Shown piece by piece: positions 14,991 through 25,820 of a stretch of DNA of 33,227 nt; the stretch's first letter is position 1; every line of letters begins with the position of its first letter. A model generated the notes under the pieces. It was not told the DNA's origin. It was given only the letters and a program-made list of their open reading frames with translations, and did no database searches. Source of the DNA: a virus (Duplodnaviria > Caudoviricetes); IMG/VR virus record IMGVR_UViG_3300030372_000108, positions 1 through 33,227 of that record. One strand, given 5' to 3'. The position numbers and the translations under genes were made by a program.

Positions 14991-17591
14991 TCAAAACCTA
15001 ACTGCTGATCTTGATGGTGGTATGTAATATTCTTGATCTGTCTCTCTTTCAATCTTTCTTTCCATCCTTTTTAAATAACCTGGATTTGTTTTTTCCATCA
15101 TTCCATATAAAAATAAATAATCTAATGCTGTCTTTGTATAAAATAAATTTATAAATGGTGTATTAGACACTATCATTCTAAATCCATTTTTTGTAACTTG
15201 ATCTGTTTTGCCCTCTAATAAACTTGACCATAACTTTAACGCATCTGCTGCCGTTCCAAACGTAGGTCCAGCAAATGTCTCTAATGGAGATCTGCCAAAT
15301 CTATTAAACTCACCAAAAACAAAATCACCATATATACCAGCACCACCACCCTGCGTAAATGCTCTCACAAAAGTTCTGTAATTAAATCCCTCTCTATCAT
15401 CATATACTTCTGCTGGACTTTTACCTTTCAATATATCTTTAGTTGTCATAGATAAATAACCCATTACAGTAGTTCCAACCATCATTTGTGCTAAACCATA
15501 TATACCACTTTCTCCAGCTTGTTTTTTTGCATGATATTGTTGTGACATACCTTTGGTAACATATGTTATTGGAAACCCTTTTAACTGCATGATTGCTCTG
15601 ATAGCTTCGCCTAATACTGTACCTCTTTCTGTACCCATGTTCATTATGGCTCTTTCTTTAGCACCTGGAGTTGGTATAGCTGTATCGGCTGCATCTGTTA
15701 AGTATGATGACAATTTTGTTCTAAGATTATCTTTGTACCTTTGTAACTCTACATCAGTTACTTTTTTTAATTTTCTTTTTCTTGTTAGGTTAGCTTCTCT
15801 TAAAGCACCTGCTTGTAGTATAGAAGCATCAACATCATCAACAGCAGACGGAACCAAGTAATCGTTACCATCTAACGCTTTCTTTTCCATAGAACTATAA
15901 ACTGCCCAATCTTCTGCATTTATACCGTATCTTTGTAGATTGAGCCTTGTCTTTGTCGGTATACTATCAAATGCTCTGTTTGTGTATGACGCTAAATCTG
16001 CTGAGATCATTCTTGCCAATCCAGTTTTTTGTGCATTGTTCCACCAAGCCATACCATTTAATCTAAAAAACATCTGGTGCATTTTACCCATCATTCCTGG
16101 CAAACTATCATTAGCACCAAACCTAGAGTGCACATCACCTAAAAAGTTTTCAACACCTACATTTAACAAGTAAGCTAATTGTTTTTGTTCTTTCCCACTA
16201 TAGTTCCTAAAAATATCACTAAATGCTTTTGCATATGAGGTGAATATATTTCTATCTGTTCTTGAGTTAATAAAAGATGCTTTTGTAGCTATATCCGAAA
16301 AAGATGATATTGTTGCTGCACCTAGTTTTGCCATGTTTTGTAACATACGCCAAGCTGCACCTATACCTGCAAAATCCACAGTGCCACCTAATAACAGTCT
16401 GCCTGAACCTCTGGCTCTTGTTGTGCCATCTAACTCTTTAAACTGGTTTTCTAACCTTTTTATTTTTATTGTATCTTTAGCCTTAAAGTTAGTTTTATTT
16501 ATTTCTTGTGCATCTTTTAATATTCTATCAAACATAGCTTTTGGATTAGTGCCAAATGTTTCCATCAAACCTATTGACTGAGCATCATGTATTATACCAT
16601 TTGTAACTGCTTCACTAAATTTTTGTCTTGTAAATTTAGACGCATACTCAAATGCAGCTTGACCATCCTTGAAATGTATAACTCTTGATGTGCTTAGTTT
16701 TTTGGCTAAGTTAGATGGTCCTGTAAATCCAAGTAACTGATCTCCCATTTTGTCTGTACCATCCACTTTTTGATGCTGACCTGACACTAAGTTGTCATAT
16801 ATATCGCCTATAAAATCTTGATCTGTATATTCAACACCATCTTTAAACTGACTTTTACTTTCAAATGTCTGCTCACTAAGTCTAATATATGAACCACTAC
16901 CATCCTGCTCCAACATATAATTTACCCAATTATCTTTACCCTCTTTCCTTAACATAATTGGATCATGTCCTTGACGCACAACATAATTTTTCAGTTCGCC
17001 TATGACAGCACCATTTCTATTTTTTCTTTGTAAAATTTGTTTTTGTAATTTTTGCACAATTTGTGCTATCTCAACTGCTTCTTTTGCACCAGCTACACTT
17101 AAATCCATAGAATCAGGTCCGTCAAACATAGCCTTATATATCAACTCATCTAAATCACCTGATTTAAATAAATTTTCTAAATCTTTGTTTTTTAGAAGTG
17201 CAAGTAATTGTCCTGTGTATTCTGTACTAATTGCTTGTTGCCTTCTGTCAACGCTACCTAATCCATCATTAATAACCCTTATATCACCAGTTAATATTGC
17301 TTCTAACGCTTGACCTGGATTGTCAGGATTATCTTTTAACTTTGTCATAATCTTTGTGTAGGCTCTCATGTTGAGTAACCTAGTTTTTCTCATAATAGCA
17401 GCGTTTATTCTTGCTTGTTTTGCTATTTCTTTTGCTAAATTAAATAAATCTAAGTTTTGATCTGCACCTGCATTAGCCATTTTTTTAGCTAATTTTTTTT
17501 CTAGTATAGCTACTATCTCTTGAGCTTCGTCTGCTCCTAAGTTTATACCTGCTCTTTTAGCTGCTTCTAATACCTCATCTACGCAACTCAT
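14991..17591 (-). CDS. Internal virion (ejection) protein
   Basis: 866 aa, helical; position before the fibre; QLKGFP and GGG.GIYGDF motifs. Confidence 0.8.
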   Translation of the reverse strand: MSCVDEVLEAAKRAGINLGADEAQEIVAILEKKLAKKMANAGADQNLDLFNLAKEIAKQARINAAIMRKTRLLNMRAYTKIMTKLKDNPDNPGQALEAILTGDIRVINDGLGSVDRRQQAISTEYTGQLLALLKNKDLENLFKSGDLDELIYKAMFDGPDSMDLSVAGAKEAVEIAQIVQKLQKQILQRKNRNGAVIGELKNYVVRQGHDPIMLRKEGKDNWVNYMLEQDGSGSYIRLSEQTFESKSQFKDGVEYTDQDFIGDIYDNLVSGQHQKVDGTDKMGDQLLGFTGPSNLAKKLSTSRVIHFKDGQAAFEYASKFTRQKFSEAVTNGIIHDAQSIGLMETFGTNPKAMFDRILKDAQEINKTNFKAKDTIKIKRLENQFKELDGTTRARGSGRLLLGGTVDFAGIGAAWRMLQNMAKLGAATISSFSDIATKASFINSRTDRNIFTSYAKAFSDIFRNYSGKEQKQLAYLLNVGVENFLGDVHSRFGANDSLPGMMGKMHQMFFRLNGMAWWNNAQKTGLARMISADLASYTNRAFDSIPTKTRLNLQRYGINAEDWAVYSSMEKKALDGNDYLVPSAVDDVDASILQAGALREANLTRKRKLKKVTDVELQRYKDNLRTKLSSYLTDAADTAIPTPGAKERAIMNMGTERGTVLGEAIRAIMQLKGFPITYVTKGMSQQYHAKKQAGESGIYGLAQMMVGTTVMGYLSMTTKDILKGKSPAEVYDDREGFNYRTFVRAFTQGGGAGIYGDFVFGEFNRFGRSPLETFAGPTFGTAADALKLWSSLLEGKTDQVTKNGFRMIVSNTPFINLFYTKTALDYLFLYGMMEKTNPGYLKRMERKIERETDQEYYIPPSRSAVRF

Positions 17592-19270
17592 TAACTTTTA
17601 CTCCTAATAACGCATTGTGCTCCAACCTGTGTTGCCGTATCATAAGATACTCTTGCTTTTTCTGCTGCATCATCTACTTCTTTCATAGTCCTTTTTGCAC
17701 CTTCTAAAGTTTTCTTGGCAACGTCTGGTAGTGAATTTATTATTTCAGGGTCCTCTAATTCTAACATCATAGCTTCGTTTTCTGCTTCTATATCTTCTAC
17801 TTTTATCTCTCCTAGATCAGCAGTATCGGAATCTATTTCATCTACTTTGTCAGCATACTCGTCTAATTTACCTAATTTTTGCTGACCTATACTTGCTGTA
17901 TCTCTTTGATCGTTAAGTTGCTGTGGTGTTAGCTGTACGCCCTCTTGTGTAGTTACAGTTTCTTCTATAGTGTTAGTATCTTTTGCACCAGGTTGAGTAG
18001 TTTGCTTTGTTATAGGATCTTTTGGTCTTACAACTTTCTTGCCTTTCAATCTATCCAAAGCAATGTCTAACGCTTTCAAACTTGACTTTTTGCTTGCAAC
18101 TTTAGCTTCATCTACAACAATTCTTTCTTTTTTGAATAAACCTTCCTTAACCTTGACTCCTGCTTCTGCTTCTTCAAGTTGATTTTCTACAATAAACTTT
18201 GCTTCTTCTAATGATTTTATTGAATCTTTCTTTGTTTTTCCTTTAGTTAGTTCACTGATACTAAAAGAAAAATCATCTTCTCCAGCTTCTGTCATATCAA
18301 TTTTAAAATCTTCATCATAAGGGGATTTGCTTGCAACATCACTTTGATCTACAACCTTTTCTGTACCATCAGTGTCTTTAATAGTAACGATACCCTCGTC
18401 ATCAACCCTTACCTTTTCTACTACTCTTGGCTCACCATCTGTATTATAAACTGTAATAGTTTCATTTTGTTCTGCTTGAGGCTTTATTGTAGTTGTTTCT
18501 GCATCTTTTATAATAGGATCAACTTTTACTTGCTGATCTCCTAACGCTTGCCCTAGTGCAGTTTGCTCTGCTCTTGCCCTTGTCTGTGGTGGTGTTCTAT
18601 TTATTCTATCTGATATTTTACCAAACCCAACATGAAGTCCACTTCCTAAAGAACTACCTACAGCAACATTTAGAAAACTATCTAGCAAAGTATAACTTTG
18701 ATCTTGTTCAGCAGCAGCAGCACCTATAATTAATGGCTCTAAAACAGCAGCACCAACGGCTCCGTCAACAGCACCTTTCATAGCTCTTGAGCCGCTTTTG
18801 CCAAACTTAGCTGCCATTGCTGCAACTCTAGCAGGACCAACAGCAGGTATAAACGCACTAGCTATATTTAACGGATCAAGAAAACTACCAGCAATAGCCA
18901 CACCAAACTGTGCAGCACCTAGACCAAAACCACCTTTAGATCTTTGTAAAGTTATCTGAAATTCACGCCTTCTATCTGCTCTTTCTGCTAATAGCTGTGC
19001 CAATCCTTCTTTAATACCATCATCACCAACTTGTATGCCATCTCTAAAGTATTCGCTTTCTGCCCATGTTTCTTTAGATATAATATTACCTGCATCAGCT
19101 TTGCCTGTATATTGTTCAGCTAGTCGGTCTAGGGCATTTATAGGATTGTAGTACATGGTTTCTTGGAATGTCGCACCTAAAACATCTAAGGTTCCAACCT
19201 TTGACAGATCAAAATATTGGTTTGTTAAATTAGGATCATCAGTCTGCTCTGGTATATACATTCCTACCAT
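17591..19270 (-). CDS. Internal virion (ejection) protein
   Basis: 559 aa; Gly/Ala-rich hydrophobic region around LDPLN; acidic C-half. Confidence 0.75.
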   Translation of the reverse strand: MVGMYIPEQTDDPNLTNQYFDLSKVGTLDVLGATFQETMYYNPINALDRLAEQYTGKADAGNIISKETWAESEYFRDGIQVGDDGIKEGLAQLLAERADRRREFQITLQRSKGGFGLGAAQFGVAIAGSFLDPLNIASAFIPAVGPARVAAMAAKFGKSGSRAMKGAVDGAVGAAVLEPLIIGAAAAEQDQSYTLLDSFLNVAVGSSLGSGLHVGFGKISDRINRTPPQTRARAEQTALGQALGDQQVKVDPIIKDAETTTIKPQAEQNETITVYNTDGEPRVVEKVRVDDEGIVTIKDTDGTEKVVDQSDVASKSPYDEDFKIDMTEAGEDDFSFSISELTKGKTKKDSIKSLEEAKFIVENQLEEAEAGVKVKEGLFKKERIVVDEAKVASKKSSLKALDIALDRLKGKKVVRPKDPITKQTTQPGAKDTNTIEETVTTQEGVQLTPQQLNDQRDTASIGQQKLGKLDEYADKVDEIDSDTADLGEIKVEDIEAENEAMMLELEDPEIINSLPDVAKKTLEGAKRTMKEVDDAAEKARVSYDTATQVGAQCVIRSKS

Positions 19271-21879
19271 TAGAATAACTGCCCTGTTGTTTTAAAATGA
19301 TCTATTAGCTTACGTTTTTTTTCTATTATCATACCTGCACCAGACTCTATTTCATTATACTTGTCTAATGTTAAAGCAAGATTTTCAAAACTTACAGTTA
19401 TGAATGGTGACATACCTGACGGAACTCCAGGCATTGTGCCTGAGTCTTTTCTTTTAACCATGTTACCTAACTGATCTACCATATATACACCAGTACCATC
19501 TGTTGTTGTTCTCCATGTACCTCTTGATGTTAAATCTGTGTAATACTGTTCTTGCCATTGACTTTTTGCTGCGTCATCTAATCCTAATGGTGCAGGTGGT
19601 GCTTCTATTGTTTCTTTTAAATAATCAACATTGTAAACTATAGATGTTTGTAAAATATCACCAAGAGAGTTAGCGACAGGTTCATATTCAATGCCAAATC
19701 TTACAGGTGTTTCATTTACTTGAACAAAGGTATTATGATTTCCAACAACTTCGTCATATGCCCTTTTTGCTGCTTCCGTAGGGTCAGAAACCAAACCTTC
19801 TCTTAAATAATAATTAGCTGTATTTATCGCTATGCTTCTTAAATTTTGTATATGATTAGCTCTACCTTTTGTAAATCCACCACTTAAAACATCATCAAAT
19901 CCACCACCAACTATACTTATAGAATAGTCACTAAAGTAATCAGACATTTCTGAACTTACAGTCTCTCTGTCAGCTTTAGGTACGCCAACAATAGAGTCCT
20001 TATTTAATTTTATATTTTCTGCTGTGTTAGCAGTAATTGCACCTTTAATCCTTACATCATTCGGATAAGCAAGCAAAAGATTATCTACAGTTGTTATTTT
20101 TCCTGTATTAATTAAATGTCGTAAAACTTTGTTTTGATGTGCTCCAAAACTTTTTATAAAATCATTACCAATTTTTGCCTTTTGATTATATGGAATACCT
20201 GTTTCATTAAACTCTGCTTCAAACGCATCTAACTGTGCATTAGATGTAACCCTTCTTTCCATTGCAGGTATATCCATTTCAGCTTGTATACTCAACATTT
20301 TGCTTATAGTTATTTCTTCTTTTGGGTTTTGCGATTTATAATAACCAATAAAATCATCTTTGATTAATTTATCTCTTACACTTACTTGTGCTTTAAAAGA
20401 ATTATAAACTAATTCATCTTCTTTTTTTCCTGATTTATCCCAATTAAATTTTAATTCATTTAACTTGTCTACTGTCGCTTGCTTGCTATTAAACTTGATT
20501 GATTGAAAAGCACCTGATGCTTTAATCTCAGCATTTATTGTCTGTTTAAATTCATTAGCTAGTTTAAATTCTTCTGCTAAATTTAAAGTGTTAAAAACCT
20601 GATCTACTTTCTGTTTGTTTTCGTCACTAATAACACCATCACCACGCAAATCAGATGTTATGTCACCAATAACTGTTAAAGAATTAGCAACTGCCCTTTT
20701 TGCCTTTTCTTTAATTTCTACATTAATAATTTGCCTTATGACTTGCCTTGAACCAGCGTTTTCTATTTCAGGAAATAATCTATCACTCCCTTTGACATCA
20801 ACATTGTTAAGCATATTTTTAAGCTCAGACAATGATTTGTCTTGAATATTTACATTAAGATTATTTCTTATGTCATTGATTTCTTTAGATAATAATTCGT
20901 TACGTCTTGTTTCTGCTTTTGCTTTTACGCTTTCTAATATTCTTATAGGTAACTTACTTGGGTCTACGTTTATCTTTATTCCTTTTTCATTAGTAATTCC
21001 TATTAAACCACCAGACTTAAGTTTTTGTAATTCTTTTTCAAATTCTTTGTCATCAGTAAATGCTTTGTCATTACTTAAAAATATATTACTTGCTAATCCA
21101 TCTGCGTATTCGTTTTCTACTCTTTTTTCTTCTGCGTCTAACAATGCGTTTAACTTTAAACTTGTATCAGGCATAAATGTTTCATTTTTTAAATTAGCTT
21201 TTAATTCTGTTAATTCTTCTAAGCTATTTGCATTTCCTGATAATAGAGTATAATCATTTATCTTTATGACATTAGATGCCTGATCATATGTTTTATAATC
21301 TAGGTTTGCAGTTTCACCATTTTCAGTAGCTATATTTATAGTCTCTCTTAACTCTTGCTCCATAGCATTTCGTAAAGGATTACCTATAGGCAATTTGCTT
21401 ATTTCAACAATTAGATTATTACTAGCATTTTTATGTAAGGTAGAATTATAGTCTCTTCCTCTATCAAAAGCAAAGTTCTTAGCAACCTGCATCTTTGATC
21501 CCTGATGCAGTATCATCTGTGTTTTTATTGATTTCTGTTGGTTTGGTGTCAAACCTTTTTTAGAATAGTTTTTCTCAAACTTAATGTTAAGATTTTTAAT
21601 TTCATTTTCAGCTTCTGTTGTACTTCTAGCTTTACTGTTTCTAATGACATCATTTACTTCATTATTATATTGTGTTTTCAATTCGGCAAATGCAGCCTTT
21701 GTGTTTTCTTCTTTTTCTTTCATGCCAAACTGATAAGCTACATCACCAGCTTTTCTAAACAAATCACCTGTAGCTAATTGAGCACCAACAAATGCTTGTG
21801 GGTCTGCTCTTACATTAAATTGAGTTGTAGGAGCCTTCACTCTTTGTCCTAATTGATCGTATGTAGGTATCTTTGGCAT
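19270..21879 (-). CDS. Internal virion protein (gp15-like position)
   Basis: 869 aa, helical; MPKIPTY N-terminus typical of podovirus core proteins. Confidence 0.75.
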   Translation of the reverse strand: MPKIPTYDQLGQRVKAPTTQFNVRADPQAFVGAQLATGDLFRKAGDVAYQFGMKEKEENTKAAFAELKTQYNNEVNDVIRNSKARSTTEAENEIKNLNIKFEKNYSKKGLTPNQQKSIKTQMILHQGSKMQVAKNFAFDRGRDYNSTLHKNASNNLIVEISKLPIGNPLRNAMEQELRETINIATENGETANLDYKTYDQASNVIKINDYTLLSGNANSLEELTELKANLKNETFMPDTSLKLNALLDAEEKRVENEYADGLASNIFLSNDKAFTDDKEFEKELQKLKSGGLIGITNEKGIKINVDPSKLPIRILESVKAKAETRRNELLSKEINDIRNNLNVNIQDKSLSELKNMLNNVDVKGSDRLFPEIENAGSRQVIRQIINVEIKEKAKRAVANSLTVIGDITSDLRGDGVISDENKQKVDQVFNTLNLAEEFKLANEFKQTINAEIKASGAFQSIKFNSKQATVDKLNELKFNWDKSGKKEDELVYNSFKAQVSVRDKLIKDDFIGYYKSQNPKEEITISKMLSIQAEMDIPAMERRVTSNAQLDAFEAEFNETGIPYNQKAKIGNDFIKSFGAHQNKVLRHLINTGKITTVDNLLLAYPNDVRIKGAITANTAENIKLNKDSIVGVPKADRETVSSEMSDYFSDYSISIVGGGFDDVLSGGFTKGRANHIQNLRSIAINTANYYLREGLVSDPTEAAKRAYDEVVGNHNTFVQVNETPVRFGIEYEPVANSLGDILQTSIVYNVDYLKETIEAPPAPLGLDDAAKSQWQEQYYTDLTSRGTWRTTTDGTGVYMVDQLGNMVKRKDSGTMPGVPSGMSPFITVSFENLALTLDKYNEIESGAGMIIEKKRKLIDHFKTTGQLF

Positions 21880-21882
21880 ATC

Positions 21883-22350
21883 TTATCCCATCAATGTTGC
21901 TGCTTTTGCACCAGATTCAAGTAAATTTGCATAAGCTCTGGTTTTGATTGCAGATGCTCTTGATGCACCTGTAGCTCGTATCATAGCAGCCTGTGCTGTT
22001 TTTGCTTGTTCTTGTATGCTACTTGCGTATCTAATAGCTATTGCATCTTCTTCTGTTTTCATAAATGTATCTTTTAATGCAAGCAAATTACTACCAGTGC
22101 CTACGACAACACCTGACTTTGCAGCAGATACCCTTTGTGCTGAAACTAGTTTATCAGAACCTTGTCTTAGCCTTTCTTGCTCATCTCTTGCAGAACGCTG
22201 TAACAAAACTCTTTCATTTTCAGCAATTTTAGCATTGTACTCAGCAGTCAATTTTGCTTGTTTCGCAGCAGCTTGATCTGCCTTAAAACCCAATATTGCA
22301 CCTAATCCTGTTGCTGCTGCTGCTGTGTTACTTCCACCACCTTGCCCCAT
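21883..22350 (-). CDS. Internal virion protein (T7 gp14-like)
   Basis: Ala/Gln-rich; Q....AKSGV...GS motif; follows the GNAT gene. Confidence 0.8.
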   Translation of the reverse strand: MGQGGGSNTAAAATGLGAILGFKADQAAAKQAKLTAEYNAKIAENERVLLQRSARDEQERLRQGSDKLVSAQRVSAAKSGVVVGTGSNLLALKDTFMKTEEDAIAIRYASSIQEQAKTAQAAMIRATGASRASAIKTRAYANLLESGAKAATLMG

Positions 22351-22775
22351 TACGTTACCCTCGCAAAACGATAATAGTCCGAACCATCAGGACCATACTT
22401 CTTCATTAAACCTTCATTCTCAAACCCTAACCACTCTACATATCTTATAGCTTGCTTATCATTAGTATGCACACTTGCTTGTATGCGTTGCAACTTTGCA
22501 TCTTCTTGAACATGGTCTAACAATATACTGGAGTATTTAGCTGCTGCAAAAGGTTTGTCATAGGCAATGCTTGACATAATAAACCATGCTTCGCCTACAT
22601 CTTTCCACAATCCATATACACCACCAATCATAAATACCTTACTTTCTAGCAATGCTGTGTATGCACTAATACAGCTTTCTTTCATCATAGCTGCTTTTGA
22701 GCTTTCTGGAAAATGAAAATTAGTTTCTATCATTTCTAAATCTTCTTTTTCAAAATTTTTTATCTTAAGCATCAA
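22350..22775 (-). CDS. GNAT-fold acyl/acetyltransferase (T7 gp13-like position)
   Basis: GEAW, RIQA.V, A.R...WLGF..EG.M..YG.DG.DY motifs. Confidence 0.85.
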   Translation of the reverse strand: MMLKIKNFEKEDLEMIETNFHFPESSKAAMMKESCISAYTALLESKVFMIGGVYGLWKDVGEAWFIMSSIAYDKPFAAAKYSSILLDHVQEDAKLQRIQASVHTNDKQAIRYVEWLGFENEGLMKKYGPDGSDYYRFARVT

Positions 22776-25173
22776 ATGTATTAGACCTTCTCATAATAGC
22801 TAGTATTGTCATAGGCAACGCCTGTGTTTGCCTTATAACAATCTTTGCATCATTATCATACCCTGATGGAAAAGATATTTCTTTATCACCACTAAACAAT
22901 GGTACGGCTTCATCCATATTCATACTACTATCTCTAAATGGCAATCTGTCAAGATTATCTGTATCTGGACCTAATTCTGCACCAACTGTCTGAAAGAATC
23001 TAGCCGTTACACCATGTATTCTCTTTATCTTACCTTGTGCAATGCCATCTTCTGCACCTGCTTCCATACGCAATGTTTCTAATGATGATGTATACCCATA
23101 ACCAATGTGAACCTTTGATGCACTTCTATCTAATGTGATTGCACCACCACTGACTGTTTTATCTGCGTGTGCAGATCCATCAGCTAAAATGGTTACTGTC
23201 ACACCCTCAAGATGATTTAAGCCTGTAATAGACGTTGTAGCACTACCACTGTATGTTAAGCCACTATCAACAAAGAAAGCATCTTCTACATCATCATTAA
23301 AATATAATGACTTGAGAAAAACTATATGTCTTACAGTTGCACTGTTAATTGTTCTTTTTACACTTAAATAAACCTGATCTTCTGCACCACTAGGTATAGC
23401 TGTAATACTTTCTACTATGCCACTGCCACCTAAACTGTGCTCATGCCAACCCACTGTAGCGTTAGCTCTGTCATAAGTTAATCCAATAAGTCTGCCATCA
23501 CTGTGAACAAACCATAATAATAACTCAGGCTCTTGCTGCCAAACCATGTCAGTTAAGCCACCTCTAGCCAAATGATCTGCCAATACAGTTAAATCAACAC
23601 CTAACAATCCATCTGTATCTAAATCAAAAGTTATTTCTTTTACTTTTTCTGCACCCTTTTGTATTAGTATTGTACTGTTACCTGCTCTCAATGGCTTTAC
23701 TGTACCTGTGCCAAACGTAGTTTCTCTAAGAACATTTACATTTGTAGGTGTGACTGGCTCTGATCCTGCACCACCTGACAGTGTAAACTCAGCACTTGTA
23801 GTTAATAATTGTAAGAATCTAGCTGGTAATAAGTGCTTTATCACGTTTACTTGATCTGATGCTATCGTTACATTTATGGCTGCGTCATCTTCTGTTCCTG
23901 GTGTATGGTTCTCGAAATCAGCAGAAACACTACCAAAAATAGTCTGTGGCTGACTTGTAGTTCCAGCAAAGTATAATCGTTCTTCATAGAAACCTATTGC
24001 TCTTGGAAACCCAGTAGTCGCACTAAAACTACCTAGTGACCATTTTGCAGTCGCATTACTTGAACCAACAACTTGTGCTGGTAAAACAGCTATACCACCA
24101 TCATCTGTTTGAACTGATGCTGTAACTGTTGTTGCATTAGTAAATGCAGTAATCTTTACATACCCTGTATCATCATGCCTGTATTCCCAATTCAAACTGC
24201 CATATGTTTCTGTACCTGATGTGTGTACTGGTGGCGTGTTACCTGATGTCTGCGTAGAACCAGTCGTATGTTTGTATACATGACCATTAAATCTTACAAA
24301 AACATTATTGGCATAACTTGTACTAGCTGCCCATTCATCATAGGTTATCTCTAATACTTCACGAAACCTTATTAATCTACCAACATCTGTGCTTGCAAAT
24401 AAATCAGCACTTGCTGTAATTGTTACAGAACCATTGTCTGCTGAAGCATACAAAGTAGTTGTCGTTATGTTTTCATCAAGGTAAGGACCATCAGTAAAAT
24501 CAATATCTGTCAATGTCCACGATGTATGACTTGTTCTTGTTAGTTTTGCAGGCTCATGACTATTATGTGCAAGGAACAAAACATCTGCTGATTGTGCAAA
24601 GTTAATGCTGGATAACTGGCTTGTCGTGTAAGTCGTTGTTATTTCTACTATTTTACCAACTGTTCCTGCACTTCCATAAGTTGTAAAAGCTGAACTGTTT
24701 ACACCACTTAACTGAAATGTATTAGTTGTTTTGCCTGCAACTGTAAACTCTCTGTTATTCACCTCTGTCATACCAACAACACCAGTAATAAATACTCTGT
24801 CACCATTATTCAAACCATGTGAATTAGATGTTACCACTGCTGGATTTGCTTTTGTTATTGCAGATATTGCTGTCGTAGCTTCTGTAACTAATCCACCATC
24901 TTTAAATACTCGTATGTAATTATTACCAAACTCTAATACATAGGCTTGTGTATCACTAAACTCGAAGTTAATTAATCTTACCTGACCACCATCTTTTGTG
25001 GTTCCTGCGTAATATGTTCCAGGTCTGCGTGTTGTACCACCCTGAGGAAATACAATCATATTAGTTAGATCTTTTACAGCTTCATTATATTTCTGTAAAT
25101 CAATCCTGCCTTCTAATCGTGGAGAGATCTCACCTGCTCTGAAATTGGTGATAATAGACGATACTCTAGCCAT
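22765..25173 (-). CDS. Tail tubular protein B / nozzle (gp12/Bbp13-like)
   Basis: NF.AGE.SP...GR.D, QGG..RRPGT, FAQSAD, FYEERL.F and VGWH.H motifs. Confidence 0.92.
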   Translation of the reverse strand: MARVSSIITNFRAGEISPRLEGRIDLQKYNEAVKDLTNMIVFPQGGTTRRPGTYYAGTTKDGGQVRLINFEFSDTQAYVLEFGNNYIRVFKDGGLVTEATTAISAITKANPAVVTSNSHGLNNGDRVFITGVVGMTEVNNREFTVAGKTTNTFQLSGVNSSAFTTYGSAGTVGKIVEITTTYTTSQLSSINFAQSADVLFLAHNSHEPAKLTRTSHTSWTLTDIDFTDGPYLDENITTTTLYASADNGSVTITASADLFASTDVGRLIRFREVLEITYDEWAASTSYANNVFVRFNGHVYKHTTGSTQTSGNTPPVHTSGTETYGSLNWEYRHDDTGYVKITAFTNATTVTASVQTDDGGIAVLPAQVVGSSNATAKWSLGSFSATTGFPRAIGFYEERLYFAGTTSQPQTIFGSVSADFENHTPGTEDDAAINVTIASDQVNVIKHLLPARFLQLLTTSAEFTLSGGAGSEPVTPTNVNVLRETTFGTGTVKPLRAGNSTILIQKGAEKVKEITFDLDTDGLLGVDLTVLADHLARGGLTDMVWQQEPELLLWFVHSDGRLIGLTYDRANATVGWHEHSLGGSGIVESITAIPSGAEDQVYLSVKRTINSATVRHIVFLKSLYFNDDVEDAFFVDSGLTYSGSATTSITGLNHLEGVTVTILADGSAHADKTVSGGAITLDRSASKVHIGYGYTSSLETLRMEAGAEDGIAQGKIKRIHGVTARFFQTVGAELGPDTDNLDRLPFRDSSMNMDEAVPLFSGDKEISFPSGYDNDAKIVIRQTQALPMTILAIMRRSNTFDA

Positions 25174-25174
25174 A

Positions 25175-25771
25175 TTAGAACCTTGCGTTAGTGTAAGTAT
25201 CTGCCTGTAATTGTTCTGGATAACCCTCTAGTGCATCCATGCTCCTAGCTTCACTTAATCTTGCTTGATATAAAGAATACATAGATTGAGCTAAAGCATT
25301 ACTACCAGTTATGGCATAAGCTGTTTCTGACGCTAATCTGTGTGCAATCGTACTACTAAGCAAAGGATCAAACTGCTCTGTGTCTGTAACTCTGCCTATA
25401 TAAATAATAGAACAACTACCCTCATTCGATAATACTTTTCTACCCTCTATCTTAAACATTACATTACTGTCGTAAGCTGCAATGTCATTATTTACGTTAG
25501 AGTTCCAAAAAGATACAACCCTTAAACAATAAGGATCTGTTGGTAGTGTAAATTGACTGGAGAATCCAAATGCAGGTGCGTCACTATCTTTCGCTAACTC
25601 TGCTCTTGTTATAGCTACGTTCCAAGTATGTGCTCTAAGAACGGCATCTCTTACTGTTTCAAATCTTCTGTTACAAAGTCGTGCTTCTTTAGAGTTTTCT
25701 GTCAATGCAGTAATAGTTGCTGCACCAAGCAAATCCATAGCTTCATTACAAATGTCTACTACTGACGGCAT
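25175..25771 (-). CDS. Tail tubular protein A / adaptor (gp11-like)
   Basis: S.VDICN.A..LLGA..I, RD.VLR.H.WN.A, LP.D..CLR motifs. Confidence 0.9.
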   Translation of the reverse strand: MPSVVDICNEAMDLLGAATITALTENSKEARLCNRRFETVRDAVLRAHTWNVAITRAELAKDSDAPAFGFSSQFTLPTDPYCLRVVSFWNSNVNNDIAAYDSNVMFKIEGRKVLSNEGSCSIIYIGRVTDTEQFDPLLSSTIAHRLASETAYAITGSNALAQSMYSLYQARLSEARSMDALEGYPEQLQADTYTNARF

Positions 25772-25782
25772 ATCAAACTCCT

Positions 25783-25813
25783 AAAGGTAAGGAGCAGATT
25801 AACTGCTCCCTAC
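25783..25813 (-). terminator. Probably leaky terminator after the capsid genes
   Basis: - strand GUAGGGAGCAG-UUAAU-CUGCUCCUUAC (11-bp stem) followed by a short CUUU. Confidence 0.65.
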
Positions 25814-25820
25814 ATTTTTT

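Noticed and set aside
14944-14995. Internal sigma70 promoter before the tail fibre gene
   Set aside because: TTGATT and TATA-like boxes are present but weak in very AT-rich DNA.
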